DNA of 64,000 nucleotides from Lingula anatina (lineage: Eukaryota; Animalia; Brachiopoda): contig CM120646.1 in NCBI GenBank assembly GCA_051362555.1, forward strand, positions 11,408,001-11,472,000, written 5' to 3'. Each line of letters starts with the position of its first letter. The first letter of the stretch is position 1. Positions 24,971-39,240 of the stretch are shown here, one piece after another. The position numbers and the translations under genes were made by a program. Under the pieces are notes generated by a model. It saw nothing but the letters and a program-made list of their open reading frames with translations, searched no databases and was not told the origin of the DNA.

Positions 24971-26367
24971 AATTTTTGTAATAATGTATCCGTAAAATAA
25001 GAATCGTAACATTATCACGTATTTTTCCTGATGGAAAATATCATAATTTATGCACACTGATCGAATTATAAAGAAAATCTCCAGATGTAAACAAAGGTCA
25101 GTCAAGTATCACTCATCCCAGGCTGCAGGGCAGATATAGAGAATTGAATGAAGCGCCAGTGATCTGGCATCCCTACAAATTTGTCATAATGATTCATGGG
25201 CAAACAATAGAAGCATGAAATTAACACCTTTTACAGTGTGAATGACGACACCTTATGAGGCTTTTGTTTCTTCCCCTGGGTTGGTATTACAAAGTAAGTA
25301 TGTTGACGTAAGTGTGTTGACTTTTGCATGTTCAAAGGAACAATGGAAATGTCATTTCAAAACAAAGAGCCACATTTCCCTACTTAGGTGTCAATGAAAC
25401 GCAAAAAAGACAAAATCACCAGCTGTTACTGACTGAGTCTAACTCAAATGCAAAAAGGTACGCACAGCGACAAAGCGCTATTGTAAACAATGACCCGACC
25501 ATGAGATCAATAAGATGTATAAAATGACTATTTGTATTATAAAACTGTACCCCTGCCCCTACTTGTATATTATTACACACACAAGGCCACCCTATTACAC
25601 ACACAAGGCCACCCTATACCAGAGTTACAGATTGATTTTTCATTACACAGTCTCTTGCACTGAAGAAAAATACTCATAATTAATTTGCGGCCCTAGTAGA
25701 GGGTCTTCTCTCGCTTTCTCTCAAATCAAAATAAACTAGCAAACATGAAAATTGGCAAAATGTATTAGAATGTAAAGTGTTGCGAACCCTTTAAACAAGG
25801 TGAATGGTAATATGCACGTTTAGACAAATTTTAATTTTAATTTCAATTAAATTTAATTTTAATTAAAATTGATATTACCAAAATTAGTAAATGTCGTTTG
25901 TGTCATGTATCAATATTTTTGCGCATAATAGTACCTACGTTATAAACATTCAGCAAAGATATTTGGAAGGCCGCTCTTTTGTTGTTTATATCAAAGGAAA
26001 ACTATTTGATACCCATCGTATCAATCATTATACCATGATAAGAGATTAGCATACTAATTTATGTCCCCAGTAATAATAACTTTAACAATAACAACAAACC
26101 TTCCTACTGTGCTTTCTGTTGCAAAAACAATTAGCCACGACTGTTTTATATATTACTAGATATTTATAATAATGACAATTTGAAAATCTTCAAAAGTACC
26201 GACAGGGACACGAACTCCCGTTGGGTAGGTTGCAGACGACTCAACGACGTTAACCGTTGTTCCACCAATTCTATTGTTCACGCGTACAGATATCGACAGC
26301 TCTGTATTGCCGCGCATGCCGAAGCTTTGCGGAAATTGCCGAAGGCTAGGAAAATTCTTCAAAATAT

Positions 26368-28907
26368 TGACCCATTAGAGCCTGCGTCATCAAAACAAAC
26401 GGCAGCCATACTGGAGGGAGACCGGAATCGTCTGCTGCGCATGAACAAGCCATGTCTGTAGTTCAGTTTTCGTTTTCTGTATTTTCTTTCATATTTAACC
26501 GAGCAAAATGATGAATTACTGCAGGGTATTTGATCGAGAGAAGGTAACTAACTTTACAAGCGTTCACAGACTGCCTGCAGTGGTAAAAATCCATGGTGAA
26601 GGAACTAAAACAAACGGAGGAGAGACGTCGAAGTGGTTTTGAATCAAGACTCTTCGGAAAAGTAAAGGATAAAACTAATTTATTTTATAGCAAAGAATGA
26701 AGAGCCAACTGTGCAGATTTTACCATAAAAGAAAAAAAACAGTAGAACACCAAAGACCTAGGTGTGTACGTTTGGGGCGCACGTATATATTTAAAGTAGT
26801 GCCCAAAAAGTGTGGGTGGAGAGTGTGTTAATTTGTTAAAACGTGTGGAAATACCCAGGCAGGGTTTCGACTTTTATAATGAAGACTCGCCTATTGCCTT
26901 GGGTGTAATTTGTTATCAGTTACGGTGCTCTCTAGATTTTATCGGCTGTCACCTACCTCTTTAATACCTGGTTAGCATTATTCCCAATTAGTGTCAAGGC
27001 TATATTTGTACTGTACACAGCTGAGCTGGGCCAATTAAATCAATTACCTGTATGAAGTGTATTTGGAAGTTAGTGGCTTTCGATTTGGTGTAGTGATAAG
27101 AGTAATTTTATTTTGCAAGTAAATTCTACCTCAGGTGTAATTGACATATAACTTTAATAACCTCATGAAATAATTTTGCACTTTCCTCTGTAAAAATGTT
27201 AAATTCTGCTCCTTTCAACTGTAATGTTGTATGTTATAATATGAATAAAAATCACTCTTGTTATCTTTCTATTAATTTACATTTAGGAAATTGATCGGGC
27301 ATTTCCCACCAAGCCACACTGATTGGGTGCAAGTAAATTATTTAAAAAAAACGGAAGCTTTTGATGACAGGTACAAAAGGCAGCTAGATGACACACAAGG
27401 TAGAAGCAGCAAAAAATATTCCTAGATCTCTGTGACCAGCTGAGGAGACAGGATCTGAACATCAGGAGAGTGAAATCCACTGCATGACAGGAGTTATTTA
27501 ATTGAAGCGACACTCAGAACTCAGCATTTCATGTTCACTTTTATTCATACAAAATGTGCAATTTTTCCTATATGTTTAAGCAAATGGTTGCGGAAATCAA
27601 TTCATGAACTGAATTATTGTTATTTTACATTGGACATCATAAATACATAAGTGTGAAAAATGCCTTGCTTCTGTGAATGACTGAATAATAATAAAATCCT
27701 AACAATGTTGCTTATATGAATGGTTGCATTCATGGTGAATATTAAACTCTCTCAAACAACAGTCTCGTTACATGTATTTTCTAATGAACCAAAATGAAGT
27801 ACAAGAATGCTGAAATAATTTAAAAAGTTGATGATGGTATAGAGCAAATGTTCTGCATACTTTACTTATGTATAAACAATAGCATCTGAAAATCCCCAAT
27901 ATAGTTAGGCTTTACATTTAAAAAAAGAGAACAACAAATACCTGATATTGCAGTTTTAAAGTAAATTTAAAATATATGAATTTTGTTCACTGAATACCTA
28001 GCAAAATATTCTCAATGCAAATGGTATATTAAATTTTATAAAATCAGTTTGATACAATACTTTTATCACAGTAGATGTATTTTGAAAACTTATTTACAAC
28101 ACAACTCACCAACTTTATTTTGATACAAAGGACACGTCTTTTTCATCATTGACATAGTTTCTATTGCTCCATTGATATCAAGTGTATAGTCCCATGGCAA
28201 ATTCCCTTCTCTAAGTCCCACTTAAACTGAGGTTTGAGGATATTTGTAGTGCCTAACAAATGCTTCTGTGAATGACTGAACTAATAATAAAATGCTAACA
28301 ATGTTGCTTATATGAATAAACAACAGTCTTGTTACATGTACTTTCTAATGAACCAATATGAAGTACAAGAATGCTGAAATAATTTCTGACAGCTTCACGA
28401 TGTAAAGATAAGTCATAACTAACAGCAATATTTCATGTCATAAGACAATCATACATTCTTCCTTGAATCCACAAGGGTTTATCCTGATGATCAGCTCAAA
28501 TTTCTTATATCTATCCTTTATGAAAAAAAGTGCTTCTATTTAAGGTTAAACTTATGATTACACATTAAACTCTCTCAAACTATAACTGTTATTACCCAAA
28601 GAACAAGAAAAATGAAGTACAAGATAACTGAACTATCTTCTGACAACACGATGTTGGGTAAGTAGCATTTAGTAGGATTTCACGTTTTTAGACTGTCTTG
28701 AGTTCATATCGGTCGATCCCGCTGATCAGCTGAAGCCACAGCTTGTATATATCCTTTTCCCTTTGGTGTCCTTGATCGTGTTATGAAGTTTACTTAGTTT
28801 TATTTGGTTTACCTATATTTACGCTACTATTCCCCGTCGTTCATTCCCTCCAGCATGGCCGCGGGACTAATGTTACGGAGCAAATATGACGTCACTGTAA
28901 TGGGTTA
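26368..28907. mobile_element. Second, internally deleted ISL2EU-type element of a different family
   Basis: TIRs tgacccattagag..gcgtcat..gccatactggaggga / tccctccagcatggc..atgacgtcactgtaatgggtta; AT TSD; THAP remnant MMNYCRVF..HRLPAVVKIHGE..EERRR at ~26508; minus-strand remnant LQLISGIDRYEL near 28720 resembling the SWIM-protein N-terminus. Confidence 0.75.
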
Positions 28908-30512
28908 ATACTTTTAGTACATTAAATCAAATCCAGACTATCTCCCACTGCCCTGAGGTATGGCTAAAGGCTTTCAGTTGTCATCAGACTTTGTAATTTG
29001 GGAGAAAAAAGTGAAACAGTAACTTCTGGTGATGAATAATAGGTAATAGTGCTGCAAGGTGTTGTTTTTTATCCCTGATGTACGAGTAGCTTTTTCTACA
29101 GTTTCTATAATTCTCTTAACGTATGAAAATATGCAGGTTTTCTGATATAATAAGACTTTGATAAAATCAAAACCAATAATACTTTTAAAGTCGAGAGTCG
29201 GGATAAATATCGGCAAGGTGGAGATATGTCCCGCCGGCGCTTCCGCAACAGCAAGACTGAAGGACGCAAGTTACAAAGCAAAACATGTTTAGTCAAGTTA
29301 AAGACTTAATTACCGGTTTAACTTCGGCGGCAGTGCCTACTGCTGTGAGCAACATGCGCTGTCCATCGTAATCCCCCTATCATTAACACTGTCGGGGACG
29401 TGCGCATTAGCGCGTCTGATGTAGACAGCGTGTGCTATTAAAGTGACCGGGGACTTATTAGCTATAGTGTACCTGTGCTCTTTCGAACAACGGTACTGTT
29501 GATTTAGTGACACTATGTTGCACTTATATATATATAGCTAAAGCTGGTGAGAGGTACATAACATACATGTATGAGATCTAAAGGTGAGAGGTATAGTGTA
29601 CATGTATGAGATCTAGGGCTAAGACCCATAAAACGTGTTATTTACTCATTTTGTATTTTACCGATGATCTTTAAGTGCTTGGACGTACAGGTAGTTCATA
29701 AGGCATTAAGACTACCCTCTACCAGGGTGCTAGATTTTACAGGCACATTTTCCACCAGCCAGAAGCTAGGAGATTGACCATATTTAGCCGCAAACATTAT
29801 CTGTGAATATCTAGTGAAAAACCAATCAATGGACCTGGTACAGGGTACATCAAGACTATAAAACATCACTGGGACTAAGAGAATATTCCACGATAAAGTC
29901 GTTCATGATCGTGAAAGCGTTTCCCCTTATACCACCGTGAACAGGTAGATGTCTTTAGCTGTAGGCAGATCGAAAGGCTTTCTTAAGTGAGCCCAGCACA
30001 CTTAAAGTATCTGTTATACAAAGTTTAAATACAATGTACCTCTGCTGAGAAAAAAAATTATGTAACATTTAGGATTTCGTCGCTGTCATTCATAAAAATT
30101 CAAACGGATTATTTACCCTCTCGGCATAGTGTTGTTGGTCGTGACAGAGGGGGATTGTTTGGTTGTTGAATAATTTATTTAAGTACAATATCGATTAGGG
30201 GAGAATAAAAGTGCACAAAGGAGGTAAACAGATGATTCAAATACCTTTGCTATTGCTTTGTTTGTTTTACTTTTTGAAGTATTCACGCGTAGCACTGTCA
30301 GGATAAATCAATCGCCCAAGGTTAACGCCATGGTGTTTTTCTTATGTAACTTGAGCATGTAATAAAAGGGCAAGCTCTTTTTGTAAATCATTAAAATGAA
30401 TCCTAGGTAGCATCACGCCAACACCTCTGATAAGTTTTATGAAACTTTCCACGCACATTCACACACGGTGAAATATATACAGAATTACTTGCAATATCTA
30501 ACTTGGTTTCAG

Positions 30513-30902
30513 CTAGTCATTTGGCAGGGGCTTTGCTAGATGACCCAAATACCGTGTTTGTGCGAGAAAATGGAACTGCCAAACTTCATTGGACACTGTT
30601 TATTGGGGAAAATGCAGGCTTGGCGTCGGTTCTCGCCATGATCAAAAAGAGAGATACCCCCGGTACTCCGCTTTGTCAGTGGGTGAAGTTACGTGCACAC
30701 GGGGAGGACAACCATTGCGACCGAGGAATGAGCTTAACAATCACCCCAGAACATATGCGTGTACCAGGTCCAACGAACATTACTGCTACGTTTTCCTTTA
30801 AGAACAAGGGGCGTGTCGATGATGGGATCTACGAGTGTCGTTTTGTGATTGACGAAAAGTGGCACGAGATGCAAGTGTATCCGAGATATCTAGTGACAAC
30901 TG
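30513..30902 (+). CDS. IgSF gene B, V1 exon
   Basis: tttcag| and g|gtaagt, phase 1; VFVRENGTAKLHW..LCQW..HC..DDGIYECRF. Confidence 0.88.
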
Positions 30903-31052
30903 GTAAGTTACTTGTGCGTTTAGTCCAGATGTTTGCATTTGCTAGTATGTTATATGGTTGTTTTTTTTTATCAAAAGCATCTGATCCGATTCTTTAGTTT
31001 TATATAAAAGTGTAATTAATATATCACATTAAGCAATCCATAAAGCAATTAA

Positions 31053-31737
31053 AGTCATAATAACTCTTTGTTTTGGCCAAAAATTGGATTTTCCTGGCGT
31101 AAACGGCAATTTTCACGTACTTACCAATGGTCAACTACCCCATTCCTGCATTCAAAGTTGGTCCAGGGATTTTTTCCTAAACGCTTGGTTTTTTGTTAAA
31201 ATCTCTTAAGAGATTTTAACTGACGGAGCCCTCTCTGACAATGCATAAGTCACGCGATATCGAGCGGGATTTTCTGATGACCTACTTAAAACCGCGGGAA
31301 AAGCAGACAACAACAACAGTTTATTACAATAAAATAAGATTCAGACGATATACAGGGGTAATCGTCTTATTGCTCAGAATGCATGTATATCTACAACCAG
31401 TGCAGTTCTGGGCTTTTCGTTATCCGACACAATGTACAAAAACTCGCAACATACGTCTGAGGATTGTGTAATGCGGCTGCTATATCTTATCCCGCCACAT
31501 GTTTTTTTGGCGTCGAATGCACGCGAAAATCCGCGTGATGCGCCAACATCCTTGGCAACGGATGCCTTGACGACCGGGAAGAAAGGCACCGAAAGCAGCC
31601 CTATTGACAAGCACAGTTTTCAGTTTTACTACAATAACAGCCGTTTTAGTGGTGAAATGCAATATAATATATTTCCATGTGTTGTTTAGAATGTACATGT
31701 ATTTCTTGCGGAATTTTGAATCTCAATTATTATTGCT
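31053..31737. mobile_element. Non-autonomous Kolobok-like element
   Basis: TTAA TSD, short TIR agtcataataa / ttattattgct; empty site gcaaTTAAgtag in the paralogous intron near 33150. Confidence 0.75.
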
Positions 31738-32060
31738 TTAAGTAGAATATATTTCACTTCCTTTTTTGTTATTGGACAAATCTGGTCAACTTTTTAAAAT
31801 TCGTTTCTACGTGTATATCTATATAGGCATTTAAATGCCTTTATGATGCAAGTCTTGTTTCTGCATTACTATATTTAAATTTAAAAAAAACTATACATAT
31901 GAATGGGGTTATTGTGGAAATAAGTGCTTTCCTGAATACAAGTATGAACTAACAGAAACGGGTGATAATTAAACAATCTTTTTAGGTTAATCCTCTATAT
32001 GAGTTTGTAATAGAGACAGATTTTAAGTTAAAATAGCATTAAACAGTACATTTTCCTCAG

Positions 32061-32360
32061 TTGAACCAAACGTGACCTTGAATGCGACTTACAGTAACAC
32101 ATGCATCACCGACATCATCTGCCATGTTAGAGGTGGCCGCCCAAAGCCTGTTGAAACGATCCTTATGAAGAATGGAACCGAAATATCTCGCTCCAGTCTT
32201 AAATGTCACGATGATGCAGACGAAACAGATGACAGTGAGGCATCCTATTGCTCTTCAGTCCATTCTGTTGAAAACTCGGGAGGTCAGTACAAGTGTCAAG
32301 TGGAACATGCCGGTTACGTTGTTGACAGCGCAGAAGTGGACATTCCATTTAGAACACAAG
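32061..32360 (+). CDS. IgSF gene B, first C-type exon
   Basis: 300-nt phase-1 exon; IICHVRGGRPKP..KNG..YKCQVEH. Confidence 0.85.
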
Positions 32361-32399
32361 GTGAACATGAACAGTGTAATTTCATAATATTTCAATCTT

Positions 32400-32434
<35 letters not shown>

Positions 32435-32626
32435 CGAAAATAAAAGTGATATTTTATTGAAATTATATCAATCGTCAAATAATGCCAAGCTTTTTTTAAT
32501 ATTATTAGAATAATTTATAGGTGGCATCACGTCAACAAGTTTGATAAATTTTATGAATACATTCACGCACATTCACACACGTTGAAATATATTCAGAATT
32601 ATTTGCGATATCAAACTTGGTTTCAG

Positions 32627-33001
32627 GTAGTCATTTGGCAGCGACTTTGCAAGATGACCCACATACCGAGTTTGTGCCTGAGAATGGCCCTGTCGCACTC
32701 CGATGGCCACTGTTTATTGGTGAAAATGCAGGCAGGTCGTCGGTGAACGTCATGATCAAAAAGAGAGACGCTCTGCTTTGTCAGTGGGTAAAGGCACACG
32801 GCGAGTTAAACCAATGCGTGCCAGGAATAAAGTTAACAATCAACCCAAAACACGTGCGTGTACCGGGTCCAACGAACATTACTGCTACGTTTTCCTTTAA
32901 GAACAAGGGGCGTGTCGATGATGGGGTCTACGAGTGTCGTTTAGTGATTGACGAAAAGTGGCACGAGATGCGAGTGTATCAGATATATTTAGTGACAACG
33001 G
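32627..33001 (+). CDS. IgSF gene B, V2 exon
   Basis: tttcag| and g|gtgagt, phase 1; DDGVYECRL. Confidence 0.85.
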
Positions 33002-33227
33002 GTGAGTTGCTTGTGTGTTTAGTGTAGATGTTTGCATTTGCTAGTACGTGATTCTTGTGGTTGATTTTTTTATCGCATGTATCCGATCCAATTTTTTAAT
33101 TTTATATAAAAGTATAATTTTTTTATTTCACAATTAGCAATCCATTAAGCAATTAAGTAGAATATATTTCACATCTTTTTTTTTTTTTTGTTACTGACAA
33201 ATCTGGTTAACTTCGTAAAATTCTTTA

Positions 33228-36200
33228 TTAAGAATGTGTATATTTACCCCGTGGACCATTTGAAGATTACACTGCGATTAATGCGGTGGAAAATACAATA
33301 GAGGGAGTGTATAATGTTAGGATCGCTTAACGATTGTTGACGGCATATAGTAACTAGCCTAATCCCCCTGGTCGCCAGGGTAGCCATGCCCCCTTAGAGT
33401 ACTTATGTAAACAAACGGTCTCCCGTAGCGAACTATCCTTTTGTTCAACAGCTTCGCGCGTGCAGCTGATTATGTATTTAGTGACACTATAGCTATCTGC
33501 ATATAAATTTGTGCTAGCAGTTATTTGATTCATTCTGCTGGGTCGGATGTTGTGGATCAGCCCACTGGTTCGTTGATTTATTTTTTTCTGAAGATTGGTG
33601 ATGCAGATTTTGAGTGCTTAATTATTTACCCTCCTTCTAACAAGAGAAAGGGGAAGGGAGAGAAAAAGAGAGAGTGTCAAATGAAATGGGTAATGAGTAA
33701 TACAATACATTAAATAAAAGGACTCGCGGTGGAAGAAACGATAGACTGTTTTGCATCAAGGTATGTCATTATAATCCGACATGGCCCATAACAGGAGGGA
33801 TTATACTTTAAATACAGACTCATTGTTGTATGACTTATATTTGTGCCGACTTATATTTTACTCTCGTTCATTTCGTGAAACTATTTCCTTGAATAAAGAT
33901 TTGCCTGTTTAAATTTACTTTGTGACAAGAAGTAATTAATAAAACACGCCTGTTGAAAAGGGGGCTTTTCGTAACTAATAAAGGTTCACTGTTCAGGAAA
34001 ATATCGTCGCTGTTCGTCGCCGCTACCTTCAGGAAAGCGTACCCTCCGCTTGGATCACTGGCATTTAAGGGCAATTTACATTTTAGCTAATAATTCTGAA
34101 TTTACCAATATTTTGGCCTAAATTCGATGTCAGATTCATAGCCATGACGCAAAGCCGCCAGAGTAACTGTTTAAATTTCCAAACATTCTATTTCGTTTTT
34201 TTCCTAATGTTTTTTATTATCAGTCGAAAACGTTTTCATGTTTAACTTCTCAAACCTGTACACACCATTCTGGACTATTTTATTTTATCCAACTACACAT
34301 AAAAATACCACTAACTGCCCCCCCCCCCCTAAACAATCAGACTAGAACGCGTGGCGATAAAATGTGTCGCTAGATCTTGTAAACACTCAGCGAAATGCAC
34401 CTAGTGACTATATTCAATGTGCCGTCACTTAATTGCTTTCTCGATTTCATTAATTGACGATAGTAATTGCAGTAAACAAGGAAGAGGAAATGCTGAAGAC
34501 AAAACAACGTCGGGTCTTTGTGTGACTTTCTCCCTAAACACTTTTTATGTTGCTGTCAAAGAAAAAGGAGCCGAGATAGCGATCCTTTAACGTTTGATAC
34601 ATAATGTTCATTAATGTCATAATTTTGGCGATTTATTGAAACCATATTTGTACAGAGTAGGTTAGCATAAGTTTAGCAACAACCAGTATGAAGAACAACT
34701 CCCTTTTTAAATGAGGCAAGACACCCACTTCACACTGATTATAACCTTGAGAAAGACATTATGCAACAAGGCAAAGGAGTTATACAAAGTTCTTTCAACT
34801 TGTGTATGAATACAACACATTCTTTGTCGCTTTTACAAGACAATGGAGGCGAGCAAGCGGTATAATTACAATATACAATAAAAAGGAAATAAGTTTAGAA
34901 AGCTTACTTCGGGTCAGCCCTTTGCTTGTTCGAAAGAAAGAGATAGGTATCGCGCCGCGACTCCCTTTATTAAACCTTCGTGTGTTTGTGTAAAAGTGTG
35001 AAAGACAGGCAACGGTCTTGAGTCGCTGTTGATATTGTTCGCGATTAATATTGAAGTATACCTCCTTCGCCTGCATGTAAACGTGTTACTTTTCCTCATG
35101 TGCACTATATTTCTTTTAGGTGGTTGAGACAAGGCGATGAGATCGATAAAAGTAGAGGTTAATCTAAACAATTAGATGCGATTTTTGTGAAATGTTTAAA
35201 TTCTTGAATTTCTAATTTTTAAAATCTTTCATACACGGCCTCATATTTGTATTACTCTCAGGCCATACTCTTCGATATTATTGTGTTACACGGGACATCT
35301 GGAAACCTGAAGCACAGGGCAATGTGAAACTTAATTCGCTACGGAGTCTTGTTATCCTTCATGCAGTTTTATAGCTGGGATGAACACTGCGAAGTAGAAA
35401 CAGGCTTTACTTAGCTTTACTTAATATACGACAGTTTAAACAAAACCAGTTTGCAAGGCTTGCTTTGATTTGGCGTTAACCTGACACTGGTTTTGAAAGA
35501 ACAAATATAAATATGTTGGATGGATTAAATCACCGACTTCGTTATAATTTAACTAAATGTGTTCATTTACACAGTAACACAGATAATATTTATAAGTTGT
35601 CTGTCGTTCAGCACGCATTATAGGCGAGTAGCTAAACAGTGACGATGATCACAGTAATTGTATAGGCATCGTTTAAGCTTGTTCAAGAGATAATAACAGT
35701 CGCGTTTAACAATAGATAGCGAGCTATAGTAAGACCCCCTCCTCTTCAACTTATGATTTACACTGTTAATTGGCCGTACTTTCATATATTGTATGATCAC
35801 ACAGTCAGACTTTCCCCGGTTGCACGTTGGAGTTAGATTGTCCTTGCGCCTCTGTCAATGCACCTCATTTAATTTCAATTTTATAATACAAGTATAGTAT
35901 AAGTAATATATTATTTCCTTATTCCTCATTCATTATCATTCATGTTTTATAAATACTTGAATGCGGTACGTTTATAAATAAATTATGCATTTTTAAATTA
36001 ATGCAATAAGAATTTTTTGAGACAGATTGATGCTGACGCTCATGCATGTCAATCAAACAAACAATACTTTAGTTCAATTTTTGACTGCGGAAATATCATA
36101 TTTGATGAAATAACTGTTAACAAATTTAACTAGCAGTTTGTAAGCAACGCAAAATCATAATCAGCTGCGCGTGCCAAACTAGTGAACAAAAGGACAGTTC

Positions 36201-36547
36201 GCTACGCGAGGCACGCGTTAGCATGGGTTCTAACCTCTTAAAGCTATAATCCTATCGCCGCAACAAACAATGGGGACCTTCTGGTTGATGTATCATGCTA
36301 TTAATTACACCTAGTTACAGCGGATTGTCTTGTCGCGCTGGACCACAGAAACCGGCGTCGTGGGGTTCACTCATCTTAAGTATTGTGTTATTCCACCTAA
36401 GCTATTGTGTTTGTGCGTTCGAATTTTGAAGGGATTTATACGGCCCTCCATTGTTTGTCCGCCCCCTTCTACTCACAAGATAGGGATTAAAACATTTCGA
36501 ACGTTGTTACACCGGTGTACAACGGAAACAAAATTATTACTACCACG
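33228..36547 (+). mobile_element. Repeat family X, copy 2 (diverged, rearranged)
   Basis: Colinear with the reverse complement of 61600-59100 and 56700-56200; absent from paralogous introns at ~31810 and ~52880. Confidence 0.8.
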
Positions 36548-36620
36548 TACATGTATATAGCCATTTTATGCCTTTATTATTCAAGTCTTGTTTCTGCAAT
36601 TCTGTGTGTATATATATATA

Positions 36621-38284
36621 CAGCATTGGTCAAAAAGGTTGTCACACCCCCATTTCCATGTACTTTTATTTACAAATGATCACCTCACAGCTGTGAACTG
36701 TTATAAATAGTGCTTTTTATTACGTATACCGTGTCTAACATGATTAATGGTTTAAAAATACAAAATAGTGGTGAAAATAAACATATTTTATACCATTTAG
36801 TAAAATTTATAAGAGGTACCCCCTCAAATCGACTGTTTCACTGTGACTTCTAAAGATGTAAAGAAATGACTATAAAATTAAAAAGACGCCATCAAATGTC
36901 ACCGAATTCACACACAATTAGCATTAGGGTGTGCTCATTAAAGATCACGTGCCTAACAGCGTGTGCGTCTACCGCGTACTGCAATTATTTCCTGTAGACG
37001 TCGCGACAAGCCTTCAACACGGGTTACAATTCTGTTTTGTGGGATATTGTTCCATTCTTCTTAAACAAGTTGGGGGAGTTGGTCCACGTTTTTATGGGGT
37101 TGGTTCTCCTTTGCATTGCACACTCCAATACATGTCACAGTTGATTAGTAAGTTTGATATCAGGGCTCAAAGATGGTGGTTCCATCCTTAGACCATTATG
37201 TTTCTTCAACAAACAGTTGTCAGGCGAGAGGTGTGAGCAAGTGTGCAGTCATGATTAAGCCTGAAGTTAACCCCAAAGTCAGTTCTTGAAGATGGAATGA
37301 GATATCAGCTGAGAATGCTACGTTCAGTGATCCCACAGGCACCTGAACCTGGCCATCCATCACTGGAAGGAAGTTGATTTTGACGCAGAATCAAATTATT
37401 TCTTGTATCCCATCGATGGTCAAAGAGGGTCCATAGACATGTTAAAAAATGCCTCTTGGAAGGGTGTGTGTAGGATAATATCGCCTGAGGTGTTAGATCA
37501 ATCCGCATTTGGAGAACATTCCAAGCCCATGGTATTAGTTCATTGTTCCTTTTGGAACAAAACGTAACAGGGGCATTTTGATGTAACATTCTCAACAGAA
37601 ATCTCACTCCATTTGCAAGAGGTGACTTCAGGGATACTACTGGCTTCATTGTGACGACGCACTTGCTCACAGCTCTCGTCTGGCAAACGATTTGTTGCAG
37701 AAACACAGGGCTCTGAGGATGGGACAACCGTCTTTGAGCCCTGATATTAATCCTACTGAGCACCTGTGGCATTAGTTGGAATGTGCATTGCAGAGGAGAA
37801 CCAATTCCCAAATAATCTTGACGAATTCCACCACGCTCTTTAGGATGAATGGGACAATATGCCACATAACCGAATTGTTACCCGTGTTGAAGGCTTGTCG
37901 CGCTGTCTACAGGAGATAATTGCAGTACGCAGTAAACGCACACGCTGTTAGGCACGTGATCTTTAACGAGCACACCCTAATGCTAATTGTGTGTGAATTT
38001 GGTGACATTTGATGGCATCTTTTTAATTTTATAGACATTTCTTTACATCTGAAGAAGTCACAGTGAAACAGTCGATTTGAGGGGATACCTCTTATAAATT
38101 TTACTAAATGGTATAAAATATGTATATTTTCACCACTATTTTGTATTTTTTTAACCATTAATCATGTTAGACACGGTATCCGTGATAAAAAGCACTATTT
38201 ATAACAGTTCACAGCTGTGAGGTGATCATTTGTAATTAAAAGTACATGGAAATGGGGGTGGGACAACCTTTTTGACCAATGCTG
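36621..38284. mobile_element. Tc1-derived foldback element with ~700-bp inverted arms and a transposase relic
   Basis: Ends cagcattggtcaaaaagg / cctttttgaccaatgctg in TA repeats; + strand relic HWKEVDFDAES..DG and DDALAH..SPDINPTEHLW (DD34E type) at ~37355-37900. Confidence 0.9.
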
Positions 38285-38286
38285 TG

Positions 38287-38359
<73 letters not shown>

Positions 38360-38539
38360 CAAACTATACGTACGATGTGAATGGGGTTATTATGGAAATA
38401 AATGCTTGCCTGAATACAGGTATACACTAGAAGAAGAGGGTGATAATTGAACATTTTTTTTCGATTAATCCTCTATATGAGTCTGTAATAGTGGCAGCTT
38501 TTAAGTTAAAATAGCATTAAACCGTCTCTTTTTTCTCAG

Positions 38540-38839
38540 TTGAACCAAACGTGACCTTGAATGCGACTTACAGCAACACATGCATGACCAACATCATCTG
38601 CCATGTTAGAGGTGGCCGCCCAAAGCCTGTTGAAACGATCCTTATGAAGAATGGAACCGAAATATCTCGCTCCAGTCTTAAATGTCAAGATGATGCAGAC
38701 GAAACAGATGACAATGAGGCATCCTATTGCTCTTCAGTCCATTCTGTTGAAAACTCAGGTGGTCAGTTCAAGTGTAGAGTGGAACATGCCGATTACTTTG
38801 TTGACAGTTCCGAAGTGGACATCCCATTTAGAACACAAG
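38540..38839 (+). CDS. IgSF gene B, second C-type exon
   Basis: 300-nt phase-1 exon, very similar to 32061-32360; FKCRVEH. Confidence 0.85.
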
Positions 38840-38878
38840 GTGAACATGAACAGTGTAATTTCATAATATTTCAATCTT

Positions 38879-38921
<43 letters not shown>

Positions 38922-39240
38922 AAAATAATAAAAGTGATACTTTATTGAAATTATATCAATCATCAAATCAATCGTTGTAATTTTAATTTTATATAAAATA
39001 ATAAAACTATTTTATAAATTTTATATAATATTTAGCATATATTTCACTTCCTTTTTTGTTATTGGACAAATAAAAAATTTGTGAATTTTTTTTCTATATT
39101 CATATAGCCATTTAAATGTATTTATTATGCTTGTCTTTTTTTCTTCATTACTGTGTTTATAAAAAAACTATATATACGATGTAAGTGGGGTTATTGTGAA
39201 AATAAATGCTTGCCTGAATACAACAACAAACTTAAAGAAA

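Noticed and set aside
30464-30510. cacggtg upstream of V exons as a RAG recombination signal heptamer
   Set aside because: No nonamer at 12 or 23 bp spacing, the motif is not conserved in all units, V exons end in ordinary splice donors, and no J segments or RAG-like genes are visible.
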